A stretch of DNA of 64,000 nucleotides from a virus. Below the pieces are notes generated by a model. That model worked only from the letters and a program-made list of their open reading frames with translations. It ran no database searches and had not been told where the DNA came from. Where the stretch lies: positions 1-64,000 of the IMG/VR virus record IMGVR_UViG_3300042894_006927. The stretch is one strand, 5' to 3'. A program made the translations under genes and the position numbers. This document shows, one piece after another, positions 29,795 through 38,883 of this stretch (the stretch's first letter is position 1; the number at the start of each line of letters is the position of its first letter).

Positions 29795-31126
29795 ATGTCA
29801 GCAACATCAGAAATAATTAAACAAAACCAAGAATTGCTTAAAAAAGCAATAGAAATTGCTATTAAAGATGCCCTTAAAGACATTAAATTGACTAAAGAGG
29901 ACATTTCAGATGAACTTTTTTTAGACCTAATAAACATAGCAACTCAACGAGCAACAACAACAATACCTATGGGAGAAATTTCACTACCACAAAGCAGGGC
30001 AGACGAGTGCCAAATATCTTTTAAAATTGACAAGCAAATTGCTTCAATTATTACTGACCTTAAACTCGGAAACAATGTTTATTTGTATGGTCTTGCGGGA
30101 ACGGGAAAAACATACACCGCAGAAAAGGTCGCTGAACTTATGGGAATTTCAGCATACACAATAAATTGTTCTCAATGGACATCCCCGACAATTATTGTTG
30201 GGGGGCAAACAATCGAAGGTTACAAAAACGGGCAACTTGAACTTGCGTGGAAAAATGGTGGGCTTTTAATCCTTGACGAGTTGCCAAAACTTGACCCCAA
30301 CACCGCAGGACTTTTAAACGATGCCCTTTCAAAAACGGGGAATCAGCCCGAAGTTTGTGAGATAAGCAAAGAAACCTACGACAAAGAACGGGCAATGGGG
30401 GAAAGTGTAAAGTACGCATATTTCAAGGGAAAAGAAGCCATTGACTATTACGCAGATGCCCAAGCCAACAAGTATTACAAAGTAACCTTTCCAACAATCA
30501 CAAGTGGTCGTGGGGAAATAATGAGAAAAGGCAAAAACTTTTGTGTTATTGCTTCGGGAAATACCGATATGATGAATCCAACATCAAACTTTGGTGGTAA
30601 TAACAAGCAAGATTACTCCCTTGTTGACCGATTTGCGGGTTCATATTACGAGGTAAGTTTTAATGAGCAACTTGAAATGTCGCTAACCTACCAAGTAGTA
30701 TTTTTGATTTGTAAGTCAATTCGTGAAATTTTAATTGCTGATAGAACAATCGAACAAGCAATTACTTTGCGTACAATGTTGAATTTCAATCGAATCTATG
30801 AAAACCAAATGCTCAAATTGTTGGGCGTAAAAGAATATGGTTACAAGGGCATAGAGGTTGGCGGTATTGGAATTTTAGTAAAAACGCTGAAAGAAAGTTT
30901 TGATGCCTTTATTATGTTGCTTCCCGATACCCCCAAAAACGCAATACTTTCAGACCCAACGATTGATTCTTACATAAAAAATGCCACAAACCGAGATTAT
31001 CAGCAAACCTTTATGTTTGACTTTTTGAGGTTGAGAGGAATAACTTTGTGGGAAGCCCCTTTCAATAAACCAAAACCCGAAGATTCTTTTAAAAACATAA
31101 TTGCCAATCAAACCATTAACCCATAA
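29795..31126 (+). CDS. MoxR/CobS-like AAA+ ATPase
   Basis: GLAGTGKT Walker A, LLILDE Walker B, IASGNT, QDYSLVDRF. Confidence 0.88.
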   Translation: MSATSEIIKQNQELLKKAIEIAIKDALKDIKLTKEDISDELFLDLINIATQRATTTIPMGEISLPQSRADECQISFKIDKQIASIITDLKLGNNVYLYGLAGTGKTYTAEKVAELMGISAYTINCSQWTSPTIIVGGQTIEGYKNGQLELAWKNGGLLILDELPKLDPNTAGLLNDALSKTGNQPEVCEISKETYDKERAMGESVKYAYFKGKEAIDYYADAQANKYYKVTFPTITSGRGEIMRKGKNFCVIASGNTDMMNPTSNFGGNNKQDYSLVDRFAGSYYEVSFNEQLEMSLTYQVVFLICKSIREILIADRTIEQAITLRTMLNFNRIYENQMLKLLGVKEYGYKGIEVGGIGILVKTLKESFDAFIMLLPDTPKNAILSDPTIDSYIKNATNRDYQQTFMFDFLRLRGITLWEAPFNKPKPEDSFKNIIANQTINP

Positions 31127-31129
31127 ATT

Positions 31130-32431
31130 ATGAGGTTTGACGCTGAAAATTTTAACATAAACACAAATTTTGGTGCTTCTTGTAATCAAAGCAAGGATGT
31201 CTATGTTGGCATATTTGAAAACACCCAAGAACTCATAAATGAAATTTTGGGCGGTTATGATATTCAAGACCTTTCAAATAGGCGTTTACCAAACGGGCTT
31301 AATGGCGATTTTTGGAGGCAATTTATTGAGAGGGATGTAAATAATAGCATAAACTTTTATGGTGGCACTCAAAACGATGATTTTGAATCTTTGTTTTTGA
31401 GAAAAAATTGGGGGCGAATGGATGAATTTAACAACATTTATGTAAATAGGATTCAGCCAATAATGCAACAAGTTTATAGGGATTTTTTAAGTCAAGGAAA
31501 AATAGAAAATCCCGAATTTGAGTACAACGATAGAGAACTTGGAAATTTTGCTTTTGAACGGGCATCAGTTGAGTTGTTGCCAATTTTTGAGTATTACGAT
31601 GATAAGTTGGAGGTATCAGTTCCGCAAAAAAATGTTGAGGATAAAGGCGAAAAAACCTTCGATAAAACAAATGGCAACGAGGTTTTTTGGATTCCAAAAT
31701 ATGAGGACAAAAAAAAATCAAAACGGGCTTGTAAATTAAAAAAAGAGGGCAAACCAATATCTGAAATAATGTCAACGGAGGGGCTTCAACCCCCAAAATA
31801 TACAAGTTCAGTAAAAAAATCTTTTGTTTACAAAAAGGAAAAGCCAAAACTTAAAAAAGCGGTAAGGATTTTGCTTGACTTGTCTATTATTGGGCGTAGA
31901 ACTCCCGAACAAGCAATTTGGCGTGGATATGGTGCGGTTGGAATAATAAAATTTTTAGAAAGCGTTGGTTATGCCACATCGCTAATAGGTGTTGAAAGTA
32001 CCGCATACGGAAGCGGAACAATAAGCCACGACCTTATTTGTGCCGTATTTTTAAAAAATTTTGGACAACCTTTGGACACATCAGAGTTGCTTTATGGGGC
32101 ATCGGATGTTTCACTTGTCAGAGTAAAGTATTGGCTTTGGAATATGTTGGCGAGTAGTATGCTTAATAATAATGTTGGTGGAAGTCATGGGGGGATTATG
32201 TCGCATAATTGCGTTGTTTTCAATACATTCCGTTCAGTTGGTGCAAGATACGATAGGTTGTGGCAAGAGAATATAAATTCCTTTTCTAACCGAAATACGG
32301 GAAATTTCCTTTACATTACTTTTGGGGATTGTTGGTCGGAAGATGAAATGATTGCCGAAATAAGAAGAAAAATAACCGATGTTTTAAACATAAACAACGA
32401 AGCGATACAATTTGCCCAAGCAAACCCCTAA
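31130..32431 (+). CDS. probable vWA-like partner of the AAA+ ATPase
   Basis: immediately follows a MoxR-type ATPase; AVRILLDLS...IWRG....I..LE..G alpha/beta pattern, MIDAS degenerate. Confidence 0.5.
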   Translation: MRFDAENFNINTNFGASCNQSKDVYVGIFENTQELINEILGGYDIQDLSNRRLPNGLNGDFWRQFIERDVNNSINFYGGTQNDDFESLFLRKNWGRMDEFNNIYVNRIQPIMQQVYRDFLSQGKIENPEFEYNDRELGNFAFERASVELLPIFEYYDDKLEVSVPQKNVEDKGEKTFDKTNGNEVFWIPKYEDKKKSKRACKLKKEGKPISEIMSTEGLQPPKYTSSVKKSFVYKKEKPKLKKAVRILLDLSIIGRRTPEQAIWRGYGAVGIIKFLESVGYATSLIGVESTAYGSGTISHDLICAVFLKNFGQPLDTSELLYGASDVSLVRVKYWLWNMLASSMLNNNVGGSHGGIMSHNCVVFNTFRSVGARYDRLWQENINSFSNRNTGNFLYITFGDCWSEDEMIAEIRRKITDVLNINNEAIQFAQANP

Positions 32432-32440
32432 TTTTACGAT

Positions 32441-32701
32441 ATGGAAATTGCTGAACTGAAAAATAAAATAATGTTTGACTTGCTTTCCCGAAACAAGGAA
32501 AATATGGTTTTTTTATCGCCTAAACTTTGCTATTGTTTGGACTACCCCGACAAAATAATAGTTGAGTGCCAACAAGTTGAAATTACTCAAAGAAATAACG
32601 GCAGACCAAGAACAAAATTCTTTACCTATGATATTAGTGGGAATTACATTTCAGAAGAAATGCTATCAAAAGACGAAATAAATTCCTTGATTGACTTATG
32701 A
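32441..32701 (+). CDS. hypothetical protein
   Basis: 86-aa ORF with ATGA coupling to the next gene. Confidence 0.6.
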   Translation: MEIAELKNKIMFDLLSRNKENMVFLSPKLCYCLDYPDKIIVECQQVEITQRNNGRPRTKFFTYDISGNYISEEMLSKDEINSLIDL

Positions 32702-34854
32702 TTGATAAGCAAAAACTAATGAGTTTGACACAATTTGGTGTTTCGGAGAATGATATTAAAAGGTCGTTCCCCGAAACCTCTTATTTGTTTATTGCTTACG
32801 ATGATGAAGGCGTTGTCCAATCAGTACAAAACATTCTCAATATAAATGAAACTTTTTTAATTGAAAAAATAAAGAGAGAAAGGGTAGCCAAACATTCAAT
32901 ACTGAAATATCCCTTTAATCCGCTAAATACGGCATTTTACAATTACTGCCTTTATATTTCAAGCCCTTCGGATAGAAGTGCTTTTGACAATATGTATATT
33001 GGTTGGGTAAATGAATACTTAACAAAAAAAGAAAACGAAACAAAATTTGGAAATTCAGTTTATGAAATTGAGTTTTCGGGTTTAGATTCAGACATTCAAA
33101 AGTTTTGTTACGAATTTGTCTTGGATAACGAAAAAGGGGGAATGGTGCTTGACATTCTCTATTTGCTTCAAGCAAAATCAAAACTAATGGGTATGCCTTT
33201 GTTTGGAAAGATTATTTCAAAGGCGGTAACATCAGTTTATTTTGAGGGAATCGGTCTGCTTCCCGAATATGAAATCAGCAATATGCACTACCTAATTGGG
33301 GGTTTTCAATCAAAAGTTGCCGACAAAGAAAAATTTGATGAAGCAAAAAAATTGGCAAGGCAGGGTATGGATATTGATGTTATTGCTTCAAAAACGGGTT
33401 GGATTTTAAATGCACCCGATGGTAAGCCCCGATTTGTGATTCCAAATGAAAAAGCAAATTGGAAAAAGGAAGCCCAACTTTATAGCGTAACAAATTCCGA
33501 AATGATTTTGGCGTTAAAAGACCCAAGCGATAGAGTAAAAAATGATTTCGGTTTTGGATTTTCAAATAGTAGGCATCTATTAGAGTTTCCCAAACTCGGA
33601 GAAATTTTAGATTTTCCCGAATTATTCAACGCATATCCGCACTTTGAAAACATACCCATTTGCATTGGCGTTTCAAGAAGTTTAAGTGGCGGTACAAGAG
33701 GTGCTTTTTCGGACACCCCCGTAAAAAACATTTCTTCTATTCGTGAGGGGGATTGGAACGATGTTAGCAATTCAGTTTTAAGTACGCTTCTGCACGAAAT
33801 ACAACACGCAATCCAAGAGGAAGAAGGGTTTTCGGGAGGCGGGAACACTTTTTTTTCAAGGTTGGCTATGGCATCGGGGGTTGATTTTTATAGAAAATAT
33901 AGAATCATACTGAACGACTTTGAAAGTGTGTTCAAAGAAAGGGCTTTAAAAGAAAATGCTAAACAAGAGTTCCAAAGTGCTTTTCTTGATAATCCTAATT
34001 TCAGCGAAATACACGATTATTTTAAGGGATTCTCAACAAGCGAATTGGGGCAATTTGCATCAATGTTTTCTTTTTGTTTCTTAATTATTTCATTGAGAAA
34101 GAACGAGCAAGAATTTATGAATTTTGCGAATACTGCGAGGGAGTTTATGTATGCTTTTAGCGGTATGGAAGAAACCCCCATATTTGCAAAATTGGTTAAT
34201 TCTACGAAAGAAGTAAATGCTAAATATGACAATTTAAGAAGGGATTGGATTTCAAGGGGCTATGATGATAACGACTTAAATGCCATAAGTTATGCCTACT
34301 ATTTATCTTTTGGCGGGGAGATTGAAAGCCGATATGTTCAGCAAAGTTTTTTCCAAAGAGTACCCGTAGAACTACAAAAAAAATTGAGGTTTTTGTCGTA
34401 TGAAAACACGATTAACAACCTTTACATTTTTGACAAATCTTCTACTGCGGTAAAAAGCCAAAATGCCTTTGAAACTGCAAAAGGCAAAGGGGGCATATTA
34501 CACCTTACAAAATCAGAAAACGCTTTTATTTTGCTTCACGAAGTAGGACACGCAGTTTATGATTTACTTATTAAGGCAAATTCATCAAATGAAATTAAGT
34601 TTGTAAACGCCTTTGAAAACGAATCGGAAATTGTAAAAGAAAGGGGTTATTCCGAATTTTGTGCTAATTCTTTTGTTTCTTACTTGAAAAGGAAAAAAAT
34701 TGAAGAACCCTTGACCAAGTATTTTAGATTGGAAGATAATATAGGGGTTGAACTTAATGCCCTTTTTGAAAAGTTTTTAAATTACGAGGTTGAAGATGAT
34801 TATTCGGAAAAAGTAGAATTGTATCTTCAATATCTAAAAGAAATGCAAAAATGA
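32698..34854 (+). CDS. polyvalent-protein-type zincin metallopeptidase (LPD23-like) with two HExxH motifs
   Basis: TGW...PDGKPRF...ELF.AYP...TLLHEIQHAIQEEEGFSGGG...GEIESR; second motif LLHEVGH...E..AN.F. Confidence 0.75.
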   Translation: MIDKQKLMSLTQFGVSENDIKRSFPETSYLFIAYDDEGVVQSVQNILNINETFLIEKIKRERVAKHSILKYPFNPLNTAFYNYCLYISSPSDRSAFDNMYIGWVNEYLTKKENETKFGNSVYEIEFSGLDSDIQKFCYEFVLDNEKGGMVLDILYLLQAKSKLMGMPLFGKIISKAVTSVYFEGIGLLPEYEISNMHYLIGGFQSKVADKEKFDEAKKLARQGMDIDVIASKTGWILNAPDGKPRFVIPNEKANWKKEAQLYSVTNSEMILALKDPSDRVKNDFGFGFSNSRHLLEFPKLGEILDFPELFNAYPHFENIPICIGVSRSLSGGTRGAFSDTPVKNISSIREGDWNDVSNSVLSTLLHEIQHAIQEEEGFSGGGNTFFSRLAMASGVDFYRKYRIILNDFESVFKERALKENAKQEFQSAFLDNPNFSEIHDYFKGFSTSELGQFASMFSFCFLIISLRKNEQEFMNFANTAREFMYAFSGMEETPIFAKLVNSTKEVNAKYDNLRRDWISRGYDDNDLNAISYAYYLSFGGEIESRYVQQSFFQRVPVELQKKLRFLSYENTINNLYIFDKSSTAVKSQNAFETAKGKGGILHLTKSENAFILLHEVGHAVYDLLIKANSSNEIKFVNAFENESEIVKERGYSEFCANSFVSYLKRKKIEEPLTKYFRLEDNIGVELNALFEKFLNYEVEDDYSEKVELYLQYLKEMQK

Positions 34855-36965
34855 GTGCCGAATTAAACGAAAACGAGTTCGATTTATCGCAAAAAGCCGT
34901 TGGTATTTCTATCGGTGGTTCGGGTAGTGGTCAAACTCAAATCGGTGGTAGTGGTGGAAGCGGAAGCGGTGGTAGTGGTGGAAGCGGAAGCGGTGGTAGT
35001 GGTGGAAGCGGAAGCGGTGGAAATGGTGGAAGCGGAAGCGGTGGTAGTGGTGGAAGCGGAAGCGGTGGTAGTGGTGGAAGCGGAAGCGGTGGAAATGGTG
35101 GAGAAGGTGGAAGCGGTGGTAGTGGTGGAAGCGGAAGCGGTGGTAGTGGTGGAAGCGGAAGCGGTGGTAGTGGTGGAAGCGGAAGCGGAAGCGGTGGTAG
35201 TGGTGGAAGCGGAAGCGGTGGAAATGGTGGCGAAAATGGAAATGGTGGAAATGGTGGCGAAAATGCAAATGGTGGGGATGAAGAAGATGGCGAAGAAAAC
35301 CCTGCCGAAGAACAAGAGGAAGGGGATAGCGAAGATGAACAAAATTCGCAAAACGATAGCAGATTAGGGCAACGATGCGTAATAATTTATCCCAAAGAAT
35401 TTGCGGGGCGGTTGGGTAATATAAAAAGGGTTATTTTTAAGGGTAAATCCGACACGCCAATAGAACCGAGAAACATAGATGGGTACACTCTTACATATCC
35501 ATCAGAAACCGAATTTACTTTGTTTGAGGTAGAATATATCAATGAAAATGGGAAGTTAGAAGAAGGTTCTTTTATGGACATTGATGTTCTATTTGAAAAT
35601 CAAGAATTTTTTGTAGTCGTTGACGGGGGTCAAGTATTAGAAGCGGTTTGTAGCGGTTTTGTTGAATCTGATAGAAACCCATATAAATTTTTTATTAAAA
35701 CGGAAAATGGGCAAGTTTTTCCTGCGTTTAGGTGCTTTGTTCAACCCCAAGAAAAAAATGAAAACGAAAACGATGCCGAAGATGGGGAAAGCGATGAAGA
35801 TGAAGATACCCAAGATAATGAGCAAGAAAATTCTATTGTAGGAAAAGAATTTGTTTTATTACGGGATAGTTTTACACACAAATCGGGGGAAAGGGGAACT
35901 ATTCTTTCGTCATTAGGCGAGAGAATGCTTGAGGGCACGGAAGAATATGTTGTCAATGGTCATCGGATTTTTTACCCAATAGGAACATATTATAGTGCTT
36001 ATCGTGTCGCAATAGGAGATAGCAACTTTATTATCAACGACTTTGATTTTGTATTTGTAGGCGAAGAAGTAAGTTTTGTGATAAGTGATGCAAACGAATA
36101 TGGTTTACAAGAGGCAATCTATAATGGTTATAGTGTATTTGGATTTATTGAAGATTCACCACAAAATTTTTTGTTAGCATTAGATAGCGATAACCCATCG
36201 TTGATTAAAACCGATATGTGTTTTGTTTCGTTAGAAACGATTGCGATTAGAAACCAAAGGCAAGATAGCCAAGATGATGATGATGATGATGATGATGAGC
36301 AAACACCCGAAAACGAAGAAAATGTTTTTGTGGCATCCTTATTTTGGAATTATGTACTTAATGAGAGGAAATTAAGCGGGGATGTTTTTACGGCTGATAT
36401 AGACGAAAATTTTAGAGAGGTTACAAACGAGTTGTCTTTCCTTCGTAGTTTTCCCGCAAGTTTGTATGATGAATCAGTAATTTATAGCAAAGAAACGAAA
36501 GAATACGGGTATCTTACAACAAACGAATTTGATGTAAACACAATTCAAACCATTGATTATTTTGCAGTTACCAATTTCAATTTGTTTGAATCGGTTATTT
36601 ACCGAAATAATCCAAAAGAATTAAATTTTACCTATGTTGCCCTAAAGTATGTTTTGGACAATTTAAAAAGAAAAATGTTTTTTGTGCCAACATATCAAGT
36701 AAATGAGGAATCGTTCTATATTATGGTTTACGAAAAGAGTGAGGATGAAATTATTGTAGTTACCAATTACGAGAAATTTAGCGTTAGAAAAAACGGGTTG
36801 GGCGATTATTTACACTTAATTGTTCATTTAATGAATTGGGCATACCTTAATAGGTTTGAACAAAATTTGTTTTTAGATTTCAAAAAACAAACCCAAAATT
36901 TACTCAAGCCAAACATTTTTTACGCAAAAATTTTTGAAGATTATTGCAAGGCACTTACAATCTAA
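34851..36965 (+). CDS. large acidic protein with a Gly/Ser-rich N-terminal linker
   Basis: GGSGGSGS repeats, then D/E tracts separating beta-rich domains. Confidence 0.75.
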   Translation: MSAELNENEFDLSQKAVGISIGGSGSGQTQIGGSGGSGSGGSGGSGSGGSGGSGSGGNGGSGSGGSGGSGSGGSGGSGSGGNGGEGGSGGSGGSGSGGSGGSGSGGSGGSGSGSGGSGGSGSGGNGGENGNGGNGGENANGGDEEDGEENPAEEQEEGDSEDEQNSQNDSRLGQRCVIIYPKEFAGRLGNIKRVIFKGKSDTPIEPRNIDGYTLTYPSETEFTLFEVEYINENGKLEEGSFMDIDVLFENQEFFVVVDGGQVLEAVCSGFVESDRNPYKFFIKTENGQVFPAFRCFVQPQEKNENENDAEDGESDEDEDTQDNEQENSIVGKEFVLLRDSFTHKSGERGTILSSLGERMLEGTEEYVVNGHRIFYPIGTYYSAYRVAIGDSNFIINDFDFVFVGEEVSFVISDANEYGLQEAIYNGYSVFGFIEDSPQNFLLALDSDNPSLIKTDMCFVSLETIAIRNQRQDSQDDDDDDDDEQTPENEENVFVASLFWNYVLNERKLSGDVFTADIDENFREVTNELSFLRSFPASLYDESVIYSKETKEYGYLTTNEFDVNTIQTIDYFAVTNFNLFESVIYRNNPKELNFTYVALKYVLDNLKRKMFFVPTYQVNEESFYIMVYEKSEDEIIVVTNYEKFSVRKNGLGDYLHLIVHLMNWAYLNRFEQNLFLDFKKQTQNLLKPNIFYAKIFEDYCKALTI
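34944..35270 (+). repeat. 24-bp coding tandem repeat (GGTGGTAGTGGTGGAAGCGGAAGC = GGSGGSGS)
   Basis: roughly 11 near-perfect copies followed by GGNGGEN variants. Confidence 0.95.
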
Positions 36966-36986
36966 AAAAAATCTTAATTTTACATT

Positions 36987-37409
36987 ATGTACCAATCAAA
37001 AAAATACTTTGACGAAGGTTTGAACTTCGATGATGTTTTTCCCGAAAAGCAAGAAGCGTTACGAGGTCAAAATTTTGCTTTCGATTTTCAAGAAGTTGCC
37101 GATTTTGTTAGGATAAATTCGCAGGATTTTTCACTTTCGCAGCCCGAATTGGAAGCCGTTGATAAGCAAATAAAAATGGTTGTAGATTTGTGGCGTGGTC
37201 AATCTCAACCCGCACCCGTTCCCGCACCCGCACCCGCACCTATGCCCGAACCCGAACTGCAAGAGGATGAAGAAATTACGGCAGAAGAAATTAGGGAAGA
37301 AATTATGGCACTTACCGAAGCCCTTGAGGTAATTGACGACCCCGAAGATAGGGCGTTACTTGAATCTGAAATAGATGCTTTAAACCAAGCCCTTGAATTT
37401 ATAGAGTAA
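36987..37409 (+). CDS. acidic protein with a Pro-Ala linker and C-terminal helical hairpin
   Basis: C-terminus EEIREEIMAL.E.LEV...DR.....EI..L..ALE recurs inside 38884-41316. Confidence 0.75.
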   Translation: MYQSKKYFDEGLNFDDVFPEKQEALRGQNFAFDFQEVADFVRINSQDFSLSQPELEAVDKQIKMVVDLWRGQSQPAPVPAPAPAPMPEPELQEDEEITAEEIREEIMALTEALEVIDDPEDRALLESEIDALNQALEFIE

Positions 37410-37498
37410 TGAAACTCGTTTTTAGCAAAATAAAAAGGTTGCTTTCAACAACAAAACACCACATTGAACTATCAAAATCCCTAAACAAGTTTTAAGTT

Positions 37499-38881
37499 AT
37501 GACCAAGTTAGAATTACAAAACAAAATAGCCGTTTTAGAAAAAAACATTTCAAAAACGAAGAATCCTACATCGTTGGCTATATTGCAAAAAAACATTGAA
37601 GATGCACGAAAAAAACTTGCGGCACTTGAACAAGGCACTCCCGCACCCGCCCCAAATGGCGGTTCTTCTGAATTGGAAAAACTTTATGCTCAAAGGGAAA
37701 CATTAAAAAAGGGTTTAAGTAGTTCCAATCCCGTTGTTCAGAAATCAGCAAAAGCGGCACTTCCAAAAGTTGAAGCCCGTATTGCTGAATTAGAAGGGGC
37801 ATCACCCGCCCCCGCACCTGCGAAGCGTATGCCAAAATCAAAGGCAGAAAAACCCGCTAAAACAACCGCAAAAAGAGGTCGCAAACCAAAGGCAGAAACC
37901 CCCGCAGAGGAAAAACCTAAAATCAAGCGTGGTCGTAAGCCAAAAGCCGAAACCCCCGCAGAGGAAAAGCCAAAAGTCAAGCGTGGTCGTAAGCCAAAAG
38001 CCGAAGCCCCCGCAGAAATACCCGTAGCAGCCGTAAGGCGTGGTCGTAAGCCAAAAGCACCTACCGAAACCCCCGCAAAAGCCCCCGCAAAGCGTGGTCG
38101 CCCCGCCCTTCCAAAAGGTGCAAAAAGCCAAGAAGTTTCAATAGATTCTCTAACTAAATTGGCAAATGCGTTAGTTGAATTTTGCATTGAAAACGGCATA
38201 TCAAACCCAAGCGTTTCTGATTTGCAAGGAATCCTTAACCTTCTTGACAAAGGAAAGGCATTAAAATTTGCCAAAGGCGGTAAAATTTCCAAAAGCGGCA
38301 GTTATCTCTCTAAATGGCAAATCAAAGAAATTCTTACCGATGGCGGTATGAAAATAGGCTCTGATGAATTACTTTCGGGAGTTTGGTTAAAAAAAAAAGA
38401 TAGTGGTGTAGCCCAAATGCGAATGGGCGGTGAAGTTGGGTACTTCGTTATTGATGATGATATTCTTGATAGCGGAAAGTCCGTAATGCTCGGCAATCGT
38501 AGAATTTCTGCAAAAAACAAAAAATTTCAAGGCGTTTTTGAAGGAAAAATGGTCGGTGGCGTAATGAAAGTTTACGACTACGATGATGAAATGTGGAAAG
38601 TAGTTAATCCCGATGAATGGCAACAAGCGTATGCCGAAGGTGGCGAGGTTGGAAGATTTCATAGGGGAAGGTCGGTTATGGTTGCAGAAGAAAATGACAA
38701 CGAAAACTACGACAATTTTAGAGGTAAAGAGTTGGTAATAACCGAAAAATTTACAAACTCTAAAGAAAACCCATATTTTGATGAAGGGCTTTCGGGTATG
38801 GCACTATATCATTTAATGGAGAGAGAAACGGGGAAAAAAATTCCTTTTGCCCTTTATGATTATGAATTGGAAGCATACTAA
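37499..38881 (+). CDS. histone-like AT-hook-repeat protein with GG-delimited C-terminal modules
   Basis: five (K/R)RGR(K/P) repeats; FAKGG, MRMGG and YAEGG linkers. Confidence 0.75.
   Translation: MTKLELQNKIAVLEKNISKTKNPTSLAILQKNIEDARKKLAALEQGTPAPAPNGGSSELEKLYAQRETLKKGLSSSNPVVQKSAKAALPKVEARIAELEGASPAPAPAKRMPKSKAEKPAKTTAKRGRKPKAETPAEEKPKIKRGRKPKAETPAEEKPKVKRGRKPKAEAPAEIPVAAVRRGRKPKAPTETPAKAPAKRGRPALPKGAKSQEVSIDSLTKLANALVEFCIENGISNPSVSDLQGILNLLDKGKALKFAKGGKISKSGSYLSKWQIKEILTDGGMKIGSDELLSGVWLKKKDSGVAQMRMGGEVGYFVIDDDILDSGKSVMLGNRRISAKNKKFQGVFEGKMVGGVMKVYDYDDEMWKVVNPDEWQQAYAEGGEVGRFHRGRSVMVAEENDNENYDNFRGKELVITEKFTNSKENPYFDEGLSGMALYHLMERETGKKIPFALYDYELEAY
37865..38110 (+). repeat. ~54-bp coding repeat (KRGRKPKAETPAEEKPKI-like)
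   Basis: CGTGGTCGTAAGCCAAAAGC...CCCCGCA units repeated. Confidence 0.85.
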
Positions 38882-38883
38882 TT

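Noticed and set aside
34884-35367. Alternative-frame ORFs (HHYHRFRF, VVVVEAEA, ASASTTTT)
   Set aside because: They are shadows of the 24-bp repeat; only the Gly/Ser frame continues into a 704-aa protein
37578-38292. Antisense ORFs over the AT-hook gene
   Set aside because: They are stop-poor shadows of the Pro/Ala/Lys repeats
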